In this document: positions 1-9,504 of the stretch, piece after piece
Layout of the letters: each line of letters opens with the position of its first letter
Numbering within the stretch: the first letter of the stretch is position 1
NCBI GenBank assembly: GCA_964351975.1
Contig: CAYGPK010000001.1
Location: forward strand, 85,270-149,269
Reading direction: 5' to 3'
Source of the DNA: an uncultured Methanosarcinales archaeon
Lineage (GTDB): Archaea; Nanobdellota; Nanobdellia; Woesearchaeales; UBA583
DNA: 64,000 nucleotides
Position numbers and translations under genes: made by a program
The notes under the pieces: generated by a model
What the model saw: only the letters and a program-made list of their open reading frames with translations
Told to the model about the DNA's origin: nothing
The model's database searches: none

Positions 1-265
1 CCCCAATCCCCCCAGTCTCTTTCCTTCAATTCTTCAATTTCTTTAGTTTGTATATTATCTTCACTAGCTATTATTTGTGCAGTTTGTTTAGTTCTTTGCA
101 TTGGAGAATAATAAATTTTTTCAAAATTATATTTTTTTAATTTTTGTGCTAACTGTCTTACTTCATTAATTCCATTTTCTGTCAATTCTGCTGTGCTTAA
201 AACAGGAGAGTTGATACCTTTTAAGTTATCTTTTGTTTCACCGTGTCTTACAAATATTATTTTCA
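1..265 (-). CDS. histidine phosphatase (phosphoglycerate mutase family) protein, partial. N-terminus at 265, C-terminus off the window.
   Basis: Manual reverse-strand translation gives MKIIFVRHGETKDNLKGINSPVLSTAELTENG..., with the RHGE catalytic motif of the histidine phosphatase superfamily. It is not in the ORF track because it is truncated. Confidence 0.55.
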
Positions 266-395
266 TATTATAATTGAGATTTTATAATTTATATAATTAT
301 TGAAAATTTGAGAGTTTATATTAATGATAAATATGTGATTTTTTCTATGATTTTTAAAATACAACAAAAAGTTATTTAATACAGAAGTATTAGTT

Positions 396-1109
396 ATGAC
401 TATGAAAGAAGATATTATGTTAATTAAAGCAGAGACAAGAGGAAAAGGTGATTATGGTTGGCTTAAAACTAATTATTATTTTTCTTTTTCAAATTATTAT
501 AACCCTGAAAGAGTTGGGTTTTGTAAACTATTAGTTATTAATGACGATGTAATAGCGCCAGATAGTGGGTTTCCTTTTCATTCTCATCAAAATATGGAAA
601 TTGTTACAATTGTTATGGATGGTGAATTACAACATAAAGATTCACTTGGAAATATAGGTGATATTACTAAAGGTGAAATTCAGAGAATGAGTGCAGGGAC
701 AGGAATTACTCATAGTGAGTATAATTCTAGTTCTAAAGAGTTTTTGAAATTGTTTCAAATTTGGATTGAAACTGATAAAGTAGGAATGCCTGCAGATTAT
801 GAACAGAAGAACATTAATTTTGAAGATAAAGGGATTCATTTGTTAATATCACCTAAAGGAGAGAAAGGTAGTTTGAAAATTAATCAGAATACTTATTTTT
901 CAATTTTAAATTTAGAGAAAGATGAAAAGTTTGTATATAAAAATTATGATGAAACTAATTCTATATTTATTTTATTAATTGATGGAAAAGTTAATGTTTT
1001 AAGTTATGATTTAGAGAAAAGAGATTCAATTGGTTTTTATGATAAGAATGAAGTTGAAATTAGTTCAAAAGAAAAGAGTAGTGTTTTAATTATTGAAGTT
1101 GCTAAGTAA
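396..1109 (+). CDS. pirin-family cupin protein
   Basis: FPFHSHQNMEIVTIVMDGELQHKDSLGN...MSAGTGITHSE matches the pirin N-terminal cupin metal-binding pattern (HxH...H...E). Confidence 0.65.
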   Translation: MTMKEDIMLIKAETRGKGDYGWLKTNYYFSFSNYYNPERVGFCKLLVINDDVIAPDSGFPFHSHQNMEIVTIVMDGELQHKDSLGNIGDITKGEIQRMSAGTGITHSEYNSSSKEFLKLFQIWIETDKVGMPADYEQKNINFEDKGIHLLISPKGEKGSLKINQNTYFSILNLEKDEKFVYKNYDETNSIFILLIDGKVNVLSYDLEKRDSIGFYDKNEVEISSKEKSSVLIIEVAK

Positions 1110-1135
1110 TTTTTTTGTTAGTGCCTTGGTTTATT

Positions 1136-3031
1136 TTAAACGTCAATATCTTTTGCAAACTCTGCGTTTTCTATGATAAAGTTTTTACGTGGTTCTACTT
1201 TATCACCCATAAGCATTACAAATGCCATATCAGCTTCTATTGCATCATCAATAGTTACTTTTTTAAGGAATCTAAACTCAGGATCTAGCGTAGTTTCCCA
1301 TAATTGTTCTGCATTCATTTCTCCAAGACCTTTATATCTTTGAATTTCAATTTTTGTACCAGGATTTTCTTTTCTACATTCATCAAGAGCTAAATCATTG
1401 AATAAATATTTGCTAGTTTTTCCAATCTTTACTCTGTATAGTGGAGGCATTGCAATATATATGTGACCTTTTAATATTAATTCTTTAAAGTGTCTAAAGA
1501 ACAATGTTAATAATAATGTTGAAATGTGAGAACCATCAACATCAGCATCTGTCATAATAATAATTTTATGATATCTTAATTTTTCTGCATCAAAGTTTTC
1601 ACCAAAACCAGTTCCAAGAGCAGAGATTAGAGTTTTGATTTCTTCGTTTTCAAGAATTTTTACAAGTCTTGCTTTTTCAACATTTAAAATTTTTCCTTTA
1701 AGAGGTAGTATTGCTTGAGTTTCTCTAAGTCTTCCTTGTTTTGCTGATCCCCCCGCACTGTCTCCCTCTACAATAAATATTTCTGAAATAGAAGGGTCCT
1801 TACTTGAACAATCAGCAAGTTTACCCGGCAGAGATGAAAATTCTAGAACATTTTTTCTTCTTACTAAGTCTTTTGCTTTTCTAGCAGCTTCTCTTGCTTT
1901 TTGAGCTTGAAGAGCTTTTTCTAAAATGGATTGAGCAGCTTTTGGATTTTCATCTAAATATGTGTATAGTTTATCAAAGAATACAGTATTTACAATATTT
2001 TGAACTTCAGGATTTCCTAGTTTATCTTTTGTTTGACCTTCAAATTGTGGTTCTGGAACTTTAACTGAGATAATTGCAACGATTCCTTCTCTGATATCTT
2101 CACCAGTCAAGTTAATTTTCTTATCATTTGCTTTTCCATGTAAATTTAGATAGTCCTTTATTGCTTTAGTTATTGCAAGTTTAAATCCTGAGATATGTGT
2201 TCCACCACCTGGTGTTGGAATAATATTTACAAAACCTTCAAGTGTTTCATTGTAGGAATCAGTATATGTCATTGCAATATCAACTGTCACATCATCTTTT
2301 TCTCCACTTACGTGAACAATATCTTTAATTACTTGTTTAGAATTTTGTGTCATATATTTTACAAAATCACTAAGCCCACCTTCGTAGTGGAAAATTTCTT
2401 CTTTATTATTTCTCTCATCTGTAAATATAATTTTAACTTGAGGAGTTAGAAAAGCAACTTCACGATATCTTTTTATCATCGTTTTGAAATCAAATTCAAT
2501 TGTTTGAAAAATAGAAGCATCTGGGTGAAAAGTAACTTTTGTTCCCCTTTTAGAAGTTGGGCCTGTTTCAGATAAAGGATGAATTGCTTTTTGATCTTTG
2601 AATTTCATCTCAAATTTTTTACCACCACGGCAAATTTCAACTTCAAGATGAGTAGATAGTGCATTAACAACTGATGCACCAACACCATGTAGTCCTCCTG
2701 AAACTTTATAAGAGTCTTTATCGAATTTTCCACCTGCGTGTAGAACGGTGAAAATAACTTCTGCAGCGGATACTCCTTCTGCATGTTTATCAGTTGGGAT
2801 TCCACGGCCATTATCTTCAACAGTTACAGAATTATCTTTATGAATTGTAATTCTTACTTTATCACAATGTCCTGCTAGAGCTTCATCTATAGCATTATCA
2901 ACTAATTCTTTTACTAAGTGATGAAGACCATCTATTCCTGTTCCACCAATATACATCCCCGGTCTTTTTCTAACTGCTTCAAGTCCTTTTAGAACTTTAA
3001 TATTACTTGCTCCGTAATCTTCGTCTACCAT
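1136..3031 (-). CDS. gyrB: DNA gyrase subunit B
   Basis: The GHKL ATPase N-terminus (LEAVRKRPGMYIGGT, HHLVKELVDNAIDEALAG), a Toprim domain (EGDSAGG) and a C-terminal tail are present. 631 aa. No gyrA is adjacent. Confidence 0.9.
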   Translation of the reverse strand: MVDEDYGASNIKVLKGLEAVRKRPGMYIGGTGIDGLHHLVKELVDNAIDEALAGHCDKVRITIHKDNSVTVEDNGRGIPTDKHAEGVSAAEVIFTVLHAGGKFDKDSYKVSGGLHGVGASVVNALSTHLEVEICRGGKKFEMKFKDQKAIHPLSETGPTSKRGTKVTFHPDASIFQTIEFDFKTMIKRYREVAFLTPQVKIIFTDERNNKEEIFHYEGGLSDFVKYMTQNSKQVIKDIVHVSGEKDDVTVDIAMTYTDSYNETLEGFVNIIPTPGGGTHISGFKLAITKAIKDYLNLHGKANDKKINLTGEDIREGIVAIISVKVPEPQFEGQTKDKLGNPEVQNIVNTVFFDKLYTYLDENPKAAQSILEKALQAQKAREAARKAKDLVRRKNVLEFSSLPGKLADCSSKDPSISEIFIVEGDSAGGSAKQGRLRETQAILPLKGKILNVEKARLVKILENEEIKTLISALGTGFGENFDAEKLRYHKIIIMTDADVDGSHISTLLLTLFFRHFKELILKGHIYIAMPPLYRVKIGKTSKYLFNDLALDECRKENPGTKIEIQRYKGLGEMNAEQLWETTLDPEFRFLKKVTIDDAIEADMAFVMLMGDKVEPRKNFIIENAEFAKDIDV

Positions 3032-3136
3032 AGTTAAACTTAAATAAAATGAGTTTTTAAAGGTTTGTAATTCTATTATTATAGACAGTTATATTTTTTT
3101 TGTTTTCTTTTTATCACTTGATAAAAGTGAGAAATC

Positions 3137-3147
3137 TCTATATAATT
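3137..3147 (+). promoter_or_regulatory. archaeal TATA-box-like element ~27 nt upstream of ATG 3169. Consistent with a leaderless or short-leader transcript.
   Basis: The sequence ctctatataat is centred ~27 nt upstream of the start codon. Confidence 0.3.
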
Positions 3148-3168
3148 TTCTTAGTATAATAAGTTTAT

Positions 3169-3513
3169 ATGTTAGCTAAAAGACACGACGAAAAACAGGA
3201 GTTTTCATTACTTGATACTGCTGTTATTAACTTAATTGTTGAAAAAACTAAGTTAAACAAGGAGAAGTATAGTCTAGTACTTTCTAAAACAGTTATAGTT
3301 TATGCACTGTTAATTTTAATTGCGGTGTATTCTTCTGTTCAAGAAATTATTTCAGGTCAAATTATGGTTGTGGCACTTATTGTTGGAACGCTTTTATTAT
3401 TTGTTGTTTATTTATATGTAATTGAACATTTTAATAAGATGGATAGAGATATTGATGAAGTTGTGTCACTTCTTCAAACTAAAGCTTTAATGCACAATAA
3501 AAATAATAAATAA
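3169..3513 (+). CDS. hypothetical small membrane protein
   Basis: ORF with two hydrophobic segments. No recognisable motif. Confidence 0.4.
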   Translation: MLAKRHDEKQEFSLLDTAVINLIVEKTKLNKEKYSLVLSKTVIVYALLILIAVYSSVQEIISGQIMVVALIVGTLLLFVVYLYVIEHFNKMDRDIDEVVSLLQTKALMHNKNNK

Positions 3514-3638
3514 TTCTTTTATTTTAATTTCAAATTTTGGATTTTATTTTTTACAAATTAATATCAAATCAGTTTCCTTCGAACCTTTTCTTTAACGTTT
3601 ACTTTCATGGCACTAAGAAAAGCTTCACCAAAAGAATC

Positions 3639-4172
3639 TTATTTTCTACAAACTAAAATTAAATCTTTTTCTTCTTCAATTTTTTCTTCTATTTTAAAAT
3701 ATTTATTTAATTCACTTATTATATTTTCTTTTTTAGATGATTTTTTTAGAAATGAGAGAATTAAAATCCCCTTATTTTTTAAAATTCTATTAATTTCTGA
3801 AATTACTTTTTTAGTATTTTCAACATCTTGAATTGCTGTAAATGAAATTATATTATCTATGGAATTTGTTTTTATTGGGATATTAGTTATTGATGCTTGA
3901 AGTTTATTTTTATTTGAATTATTTTTAAGCATTTTAAAACTTAAATCAAGGGAGATTAAGTTTTGTTTTTTATCTAAGAAATTATTCAAAACACCATCTC
4001 CTGAACCTAAATCTAAAATTGGAGATTGAAGATTGGGAAGGTGAGAAGAGACAAGAGAAATTTTTTTAATTTGCTCAGAATGGTATAATTCAGAATATCC
4101 TTTAGAAATAGCATCATAGTAAAACTGAGTTTTTTTAATTTGAGGAATTTCTAAACCTTTATTTTTTTCCAT
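3639..4172 (-). CDS. class I SAM-dependent methyltransferase
   Basis: Motif I ILDLGSGDGVL. Confidence 0.6.
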   Translation of the reverse strand: MEKNKGLEIPQIKKTQFYYDAISKGYSELYHSEQIKKISLVSSHLPNLQSPILDLGSGDGVLNNFLDKKQNLISLDLSFKMLKNNSNKNKLQASITNIPIKTNSIDNIISFTAIQDVENTKKVISEINRILKNKGILILSFLKKSSKKENIISELNKYFKIEEKIEEEKDLILVCRK

Positions 4173-4205
4173 ACTTTTATAAAATAATTTAAGTTTAAAA
4201 ATATT

Positions 4206-5837
4206 ATGTCAGATAAAAAAGATAGTTTTAAAGAAAAAACTATTGATATTTTATTAAATTTTAGAATTTGGATTTTAGTTTTTTTTATTTTTATTAGTTT
4301 TATTGCAATAGGATTTAACTTTGATACTAAAGGGATTGCAATTAATGGAGTTACTCAAAATTCTATTGCTTACAATTCAGGAATAACTTATAAATCTGAA
4401 GTTAGTCAGTCTAATTTGGAGAGAATTTTATATGTAGGTTATAATGAGGTTAATTCTGAATCAGAGTTTTATAACTTAATTGAAAACTTAGAACCTAATT
4501 CTAGTGTTTTAATTTATACAGATTTAAATCCAAGTGGTTATAATTTAGAACTTGGCAATTTCTCAAGCGATTTAGTTGATACTTTAGGAGTTTCAGTAAG
4601 ATCAGTTCCAACATCAAATATTAAGTTAGGAATTGAACTTGAAGGGGGTTCAAGATTAATTTTAAAACCAACTCAGAATTTAACAGAAGATGAATTTGAT
4701 TTATTAGTTAATACACTTCAAAGTAGACTTGATGTTTATGGAGCAAGTGGAACTAAAGTTAACAAATTAGAAGATGTTTTTTCAAATGAGAAGTTTATTA
4801 TTGTTGAGAGTATTAATTCTAATAAAAATGATATTTTTGAATTAATTAAAAGACAAGGAGAATTTGAAGCTAAAGTTGGCAATGTTACTGTTTTTACAGG
4901 AGATAATGTTGTTAGAGTATTAAATGATCCAACTCATGAAATTTTAAAAGGTTGTACTGATTCAGGAACTTCAGTAAATCCTGTTAGTTGTAGTTATACG
5001 TTTTCAATAGAAATTGATTCAACTGGTACAGATAATTTTTTTAATGTATCAAAGGATTTATCTGTGACAAATGGATATTTATCAGAAAAAATTTCTTTTT
5101 ATTTAGATGGAGAAGAAATTACTTCATTAAATGTTGCAGCAAGCTTTAAGTATCAAAAAATTAGTAATCCACAAATTACAGTTTCAGAGTCAGGAATTAA
5201 TGAGGAAGAAGCAATTAGAAATACTAAAAAAGAAATGAGATTTTTACAAGCAATTTTATCAACTCAGAGTTTACCAAGTGATTTAGAAGTTGTTCAAAGT
5301 TATTCAATTTCAAGTTCACGTGGGGATGTTCTTTTAGAGAATGCAATTTACGTTGGTATTGCAGCTCTTCTTTTAGTTTCAAGTATTGTTGCAATTAGAT
5401 ATAGAACACTACCCGTATTTTTTGGAATTGTTATTGCTCTTGTAACTGAGATTTTCATTGTTTTTGGAGCTGCAGCATTTTTAAGACTTAGTATTGATCT
5501 TGCAGCAATTGGAGGACTTATTGCAGCAATAGGAACTGGAGTTGATGATCAAATTATTATTACTGATGAACAGTTTAGAAATAAGAAGAAAAATATATCT
5601 TCAAGAAAGAGAATTAAAAATGCGATGTATATTATTATGATTGCATATTTTACAACTCTTGCTGCTATGGGTCCATTATATTTTGCAGGATTAAAAGTTC
5701 TTCAAGGATTTGCATTTATGATTATTGTTGGAATTACAATTGGAGTTTTTATTACAAGACCAGCATATGCTGCTTATTTGAGAGTTATGATGACAAGTAG
5801 AAAAGAAAGAAAAGAAGAGGAGGAGAATGAAAAATAA
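4206..5837 (+). CDS. SecD/SecF-family protein-export membrane protein (single unit)
   Basis: An N-terminal TM and a large extracytoplasmic domain are followed by a C-terminal TM bundle with LSIDLAAIGGLIAAIGTGVDDQIIITDEQ. This resembles the SecD/SecF/RND 'GIAG..L.IG..VD.N.li.ER' signature. Confidence 0.5.
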   Translation: MSDKKDSFKEKTIDILLNFRIWILVFFIFISFIAIGFNFDTKGIAINGVTQNSIAYNSGITYKSEVSQSNLERILYVGYNEVNSESEFYNLIENLEPNSSVLIYTDLNPSGYNLELGNFSSDLVDTLGVSVRSVPTSNIKLGIELEGGSRLILKPTQNLTEDEFDLLVNTLQSRLDVYGASGTKVNKLEDVFSNEKFIIVESINSNKNDIFELIKRQGEFEAKVGNVTVFTGDNVVRVLNDPTHEILKGCTDSGTSVNPVSCSYTFSIEIDSTGTDNFFNVSKDLSVTNGYLSEKISFYLDGEEITSLNVAASFKYQKISNPQITVSESGINEEEAIRNTKKEMRFLQAILSTQSLPSDLEVVQSYSISSSRGDVLLENAIYVGIAALLLVSSIVAIRYRTLPVFFGIVIALVTEIFIVFGAAAFLRLSIDLAAIGGLIAAIGTGVDDQIIITDEQFRNKKKNISSRKRIKNAMYIIMIAYFTTLAAMGPLYFAGLKVLQGFAFMIIVGITIGVFITRPAYAAYLRVMMTSRKERKEEEENEK

Positions 5838-5880
5838 TTTTTTTAAATTAATTATTTTATGTTTTATTTAATTTTTTAAT

Positions 5881-6663
5881 ATGGGATTTGTTGATGTTCA
5901 TTGTCATTTAGACTGGGAGAGTTACGGGGAAGATATTTACAAAATTATCTCAGAGATGAAAGAGAAGAAAATAATCGGCCTTTCAAATACTACGACACCA
6001 GAAGGTTTTGAACTTGCAAAAGAGAAGTTTAAAGAATATGATAATGTTAAAGTTTGCCCAGGACTTTATCCAACTGAGGCAAATAAGATTTCTGATTCTG
6101 ATTTTGAGAAATATTTAAAATATTTAGAAAGTATTAAGGATGAATTTCTTGCAATTGGAGAAATTGGTCTTGATAGACACCTTAATCGAGAGATGAGTGA
6201 AGAAGACCAAGAAATCGATAATAATGTTCAAGAGAAAAGATTTAGAGCTTTAATTGAGCTTGGGATTAAATTAGATAAGCCTTTGATTATACATACAAGA
6301 AGGGCGGAGGCTAGAGTTTTAGAAATAGTTCGTGAATATGTTGAGAGTACAGGATTTAAAAAATTTAATTTACATTGTTTTATGGGAAAGAAAAAGTTAA
6401 TAAAGGATATTGTAGAGTTACAAATATACTGTTCAATTCCATACATTGTTATGAACACTGAGAGTTTTAAAATTCTGGTTAATGAACTTCCGATTAGACA
6501 AATTTTAGTTGAGACGGATAGTCCTTTTTTACATCCAGATAGAATTCAAAATTCACCACTTAGTGTGCCTTTTATTTATGAAGAAATTGCAAGAATTAAA
6601 GGCTATGATAAAATAGAGATTGAGAATATAATATACCGAAACTATATGAAATTAATTAATTAA
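5881..6663 (+). CDS. tatD: TatD-family metal-dependent hydrolase (DNase)
   Basis: MGFVDVHCHLD and ETDSPFL motifs. 260 aa. Confidence 0.85.
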   Translation: MGFVDVHCHLDWESYGEDIYKIISEMKEKKIIGLSNTTTPEGFELAKEKFKEYDNVKVCPGLYPTEANKISDSDFEKYLKYLESIKDEFLAIGEIGLDRHLNREMSEEDQEIDNNVQEKRFRALIELGIKLDKPLIIHTRRAEARVLEIVREYVESTGFKKFNLHCFMGKKKLIKDIVELQIYCSIPYIVMNTESFKILVNELPIRQILVETDSPFLHPDRIQNSPLSVPFIYEEIARIKGYDKIEIENIIYRNYMKLIN

Positions 6664-6680
6664 AAATATAAAAAATTAAA

Positions 6681-7415
6681 ATGGCAAAATTAGAAGTTAT
6701 TACAGTTCCTGAGTCAAAGGATGAAAAAGATGTTACGTATAAATACCAAAAGGTATTAGAAGATAGAAGTAGTTCAATTGCAAAATTGTTTAAGATGGAA
6801 GTTTTAGATGTTACTTTAAAACTTCATTTTTCAAGAGGTGCAATTGTTGCTGCTATGGGTCCTAATGGAGATTCAATGGGAGTTTTTGCAAGTTATGGAG
6901 ATTGTGATGATTTTATTAATGTAATTCATCCAGCTGCAGCTCAAGGTCTTTTTTCTGACTTAGATAAACAGATGTTAATTTTAATTGATTATTGTCTTGT
7001 TAAATTTTATTTATGTAAAAAATATTTCCCACAAAGTACTGATTTTAAAATGTATTACAAATATTTATCTGATGTTCTTGCTGGAATTGTTTCAGGAGAT
7101 TTTAGAGAAGAGAGTATTAAATTTGATATTAGAATGTATGAAGATGGAAAGAAACTTAAGAAAGATCAAGAGCTTGCTATGATTTTTTATATTATGATGA
7201 AGAATTCAGGAGTAGATTTTATTTTTGAACATTTAGATAAAATTATGCAAGATTGTGATATTGTAAAAACTGTATTTACAATTTATAAGAAGAGTTTTTC
7301 TGAACTTGTTAAAGTTATTAAAAAAGATGTTCTTGATGAAAAGAGAAAATTAGAAGAGCTTGAAAGAAATAAAAGAGCAGCTCAAAGAGATAGAGCAAGA
7401 AATGCTAGTGCTTAA
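6681..7415 (+). CDS. hypothetical protein
   Basis: 244-aa ORF with a basic, coiled C-terminus. No motif recognised. Confidence 0.4.
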   Translation: MAKLEVITVPESKDEKDVTYKYQKVLEDRSSSIAKLFKMEVLDVTLKLHFSRGAIVAAMGPNGDSMGVFASYGDCDDFINVIHPAAAQGLFSDLDKQMLILIDYCLVKFYLCKKYFPQSTDFKMYYKYLSDVLAGIVSGDFREESIKFDIRMYEDGKKLKKDQELAMIFYIMMKNSGVDFIFEHLDKIMQDCDIVKTVFTIYKKSFSELVKVIKKDVLDEKRKLEELERNKRAAQRDRARNASA

Positions 7416-7948
7416 AGAAGAAATCTATAATCCCCAATGTTAGGAGTAATTAACGTGTCTAGGTGTTTTTTATTTTTTTTACTTGATTTTGCATCATAGT
7501 ATCTTCTAAGTTGTCTTGCAATTTCATCAGCTCTATTTACAATTGGATATTGAGTGTCAGCTTGTTCAGTTATTACAATTCTATCTCTAAAAAATTCATA
7601 TTCAGGAATTTCTAGTCTTTTTAATGCTTCTGTTAATTTAGAAAGGCTTGTAATTAAAGGTGATTCTGCAATAAATACTTGTTTAGGTTTAAAATACTGA
7701 ATTAGTTCGCAAATTCCAATTAAATTTATTTGATCTTCATTAGCAAATCTTTTGCTAAATTCTTCAGGGATAAATACATGTTTGTAATTAACTCTCCAAA
7801 CACACGGTTGTCCTTTTCTATCTCTTGGGTCTAATCTTCTCATAGTATGTTCTTCTATATGTTTATCATTGTTTGATGTAACACCAACAAAAATTTTAGG
7901 CATTTTTCCATTGTTTGTTGAATCGATTCCTAAATATTTATAATCCAT
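7412..7948 (-). CDS. hypothetical protein. Possibly an RNase H-like/YqgF-like fold (weak).
   Basis: The N-terminus YLGIDSTNNGKMPKIFVGVTS is reminiscent of the RuvC/YqgF 'LGIDxG...IGVAVS' start. Weak. Confidence 0.35.
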   Translation of the reverse strand: MDYKYLGIDSTNNGKMPKIFVGVTSNNDKHIEEHTMRRLDPRDRKGQPCVWRVNYKHVFIPEEFSKRFANEDQINLIGICELIQYFKPKQVFIAESPLITSLSKLTEALKRLEIPEYEFFRDRIVITEQADTQYPIVNRADEIARQLRRYYDAKSSKKNKKHLDTLITPNIGDYRFLL

Positions 7949-8062
7949 ATTTTAGTTACTATTAAATAGTTTATAAAGCAAATTAATGTGTGCTAATTGT
8001 TTTTCTTTTTTTTCTTTTAAAAGCAAAATCTTTTTAAAGATAATCTGAATTATTATTATTAT

Positions 8063-8134
8063 GCGTCTATAGCTCAGTGGTAGAGCGGCTGCCTTGTAAG
8101 CAGCAGGTCGCGTGTTCAAATCGCGCTAGGCGCT
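8063..8134 (+). tRNA. tRNA-Thr (anticodon UGU)
   Basis: Manual fold. Acceptor stem GCGTCTA/TAGGCGC, D-arm GCTC-AGTGGTA-GAGC, anticodon stem-loop GCTGC-CTTGTAA-GCAGC, T-arm GCGTG-TTCAAAT-CGCGC. No encoded CCA. Confidence 0.85.
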
Positions 8135-8150
8135 TTAATTTTATGATTAA

Positions 8151-8160
8151 AGTTTTAAAT
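8151..8160 (+). promoter_or_regulatory. TATA-box-like 'ttttaaat' ~25 nt upstream of ATG 8181
   Basis: Spacing is typical for an archaeal TATA box ahead of a leaderless mRNA. Confidence 0.3.
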
Positions 8161-8180
8161 CAAAACTTGTTCTAATTTTT

Positions 8181-8624
8181 ATGAATGAAAAAAGAGATTC
8201 AAATATTAATGTTCTCAAATCAGTCGATTCTCTTCAAGAAGAGAGAATTCAAGCACTTTTTCAATTGATGAATATTGCTGATGATGATTCTTTAGATGCT
8301 ATTTTTGAATGTTTAAAAAATGATTCTTGTGAAATTGTTCGCCATGAAGCAGCTTTTGTTTTAGGAGAATGTGTATCTCAGAGGGCGATTGCGGAACTGA
8401 AAAGAGCGATAACTGATGATGATAGTGATGTTGTTAAACACGAAGCTCTTCTAGCCCTTGGAACGATTGCAGATAAGGATTTAATTGAATTTATAACTTC
8501 TATTCAAGATGATGAGAAATATTCTCATTTTGTTCGTGAAAGTGCAAAAGTTTCTCTACAAAGATTAAATTATACTCAAAAGCCATATCGTGGTCCAGAT
8601 GAATTTGAGTATTTGAAAGAGTAA
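8181..8624 (+). CDS. HEAT/PBS-lyase-like repeat protein
   Basis: Repeated VRHEAAFVLGE / VVKHEALLALGTI HEAT-like units. Confidence 0.55.
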   Translation: MNEKRDSNINVLKSVDSLQEERIQALFQLMNIADDDSLDAIFECLKNDSCEIVRHEAAFVLGECVSQRAIAELKRAITDDDSDVVKHEALLALGTIADKDLIEFITSIQDDEKYSHFVRESAKVSLQRLNYTQKPYRGPDEFEYLKE

Positions 8625-8627
8625 AAG

Positions 8628-9125
8628 TTACTCAATCATAATTGTTTCAAAAGGTCTATCTAACCAAGAAAATAAATTTATTTCATCTCTGTTTTCTATT
8701 CTATTTAAAAAAAATATATATGTGGCAGTATTTTTTTTAAAAAAATTATCTATTGTTTCTTTAAATATTTCAGAATTTTTCTCATCTGTAAAAATCTGTT
8801 CAGAGTTTTTAATTATTAAAAAAGAGGGGATATCACCATAAGAAATACTATTAATAAATGAATTTACTTCTTCAAATTTGTCATTATCAATTATACTTTT
8901 ATTAAAGTTTACTTTATCTAAAATTTCTATTAAAAATTTTAAAAAATTTTCAATTTTGTCATATTCAGTAGATGCATATATTCCTCCTTTTTTTCTATTA
9001 ATATTTTTTTCATATTCTAAATCCATAATAGTAAAATCAACACTTTCTCCTAATTTTCTATAAGGCGTTTGATAAATAAGAAATCTTTTAATCCTTTCAA
9101 TTTTATCATATAGTTCGTTAGTCAT
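8628..9125 (-). CDS. hypothetical protein
   Basis: 165-aa ORF. No motif. Confidence 0.4.
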   Translation of the reverse strand: MTNELYDKIERIKRFLIYQTPYRKLGESVDFTIMDLEYEKNINRKKGGIYASTEYDKIENFLKFLIEILDKVNFNKSIIDNDKFEEVNSFINSISYGDIPSFLIIKNSEQIFTDEKNSEIFKETIDNFFKKNTATYIFFLNRIENRDEINLFSWLDRPFETIMIE

Positions 9126-9194
9126 AAGATAGATGCAATTTTAGAATTTATAAATTTTTACTTTTAATCTATAAAAATGGTAAATATATTAGAA

Positions 9195-9425
9195 TTAGGA
9201 TTCAGAAATAATTTGGTCTTTATACGCTTCTTCAAGTAATACCATTAATTTAGGTAAATCCGAAGTTCTTAGACTTTGAGTATGAGCCCATTTGTCTTCT
9301 TTATCTTTATATGATCTTTGAAATGAGTATGATTTTATTTTTTCTGTTCCAATTCCATTCTCCCAAACATTTAATGAGAGTACTCCTGCTTTGAATGATT
9401 TAACTGGTTTATTTGTTTCAACCAT
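9195..9425 (-). CDS. PC4-like (DUF3276-like) single-stranded DNA-binding protein
   Basis: 76 aa. KSFKAGVLSLNVWENGIGTEKIKSYSFQRSYKDKEDKWAHTQSL resembles the bacterial PC4/YdbC-like fold pattern. Confidence 0.45.
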   Translation of the reverse strand: MVETNKPVKSFKAGVLSLNVWENGIGTEKIKSYSFQRSYKDKEDKWAHTQSLRTSDLPKLMVLLEEAYKDQIISES

Positions 9426-9504
9426 AATCTAACATAGTTTTAGAATTATAAATATTTTACTTTTGAGTTTGGATAAAAAAATTTATTTTTTTAAAATAAG
9501 GATT

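Noticed and set aside
642-839. Short antisense or embedded ORFs (e.g. 642..839, 2195..2449, 2605..2820, 3607..3831, 6228..6458, 6985..7182, 8878..9063, 10028..10303, 14053..14247, 14492..14767, 18951..19163, 19880..20188, 21377..21562, 21818..22018, 27062..27253, 29184..29504, 30706..30927, 31473..31670, 32395..32583, 32555..32764, 35148..35447, 36267..36515, 39736..39984, 40641..40832, 40920..41117, 47848..48048, 54609..54797)
   Set aside because: Each one overlaps a longer ORF with clear homology or convincing coding character. Their peptides are low-complexity (F/I/L/K/N-rich), which is typical of frame artefacts in AT-rich DNA.
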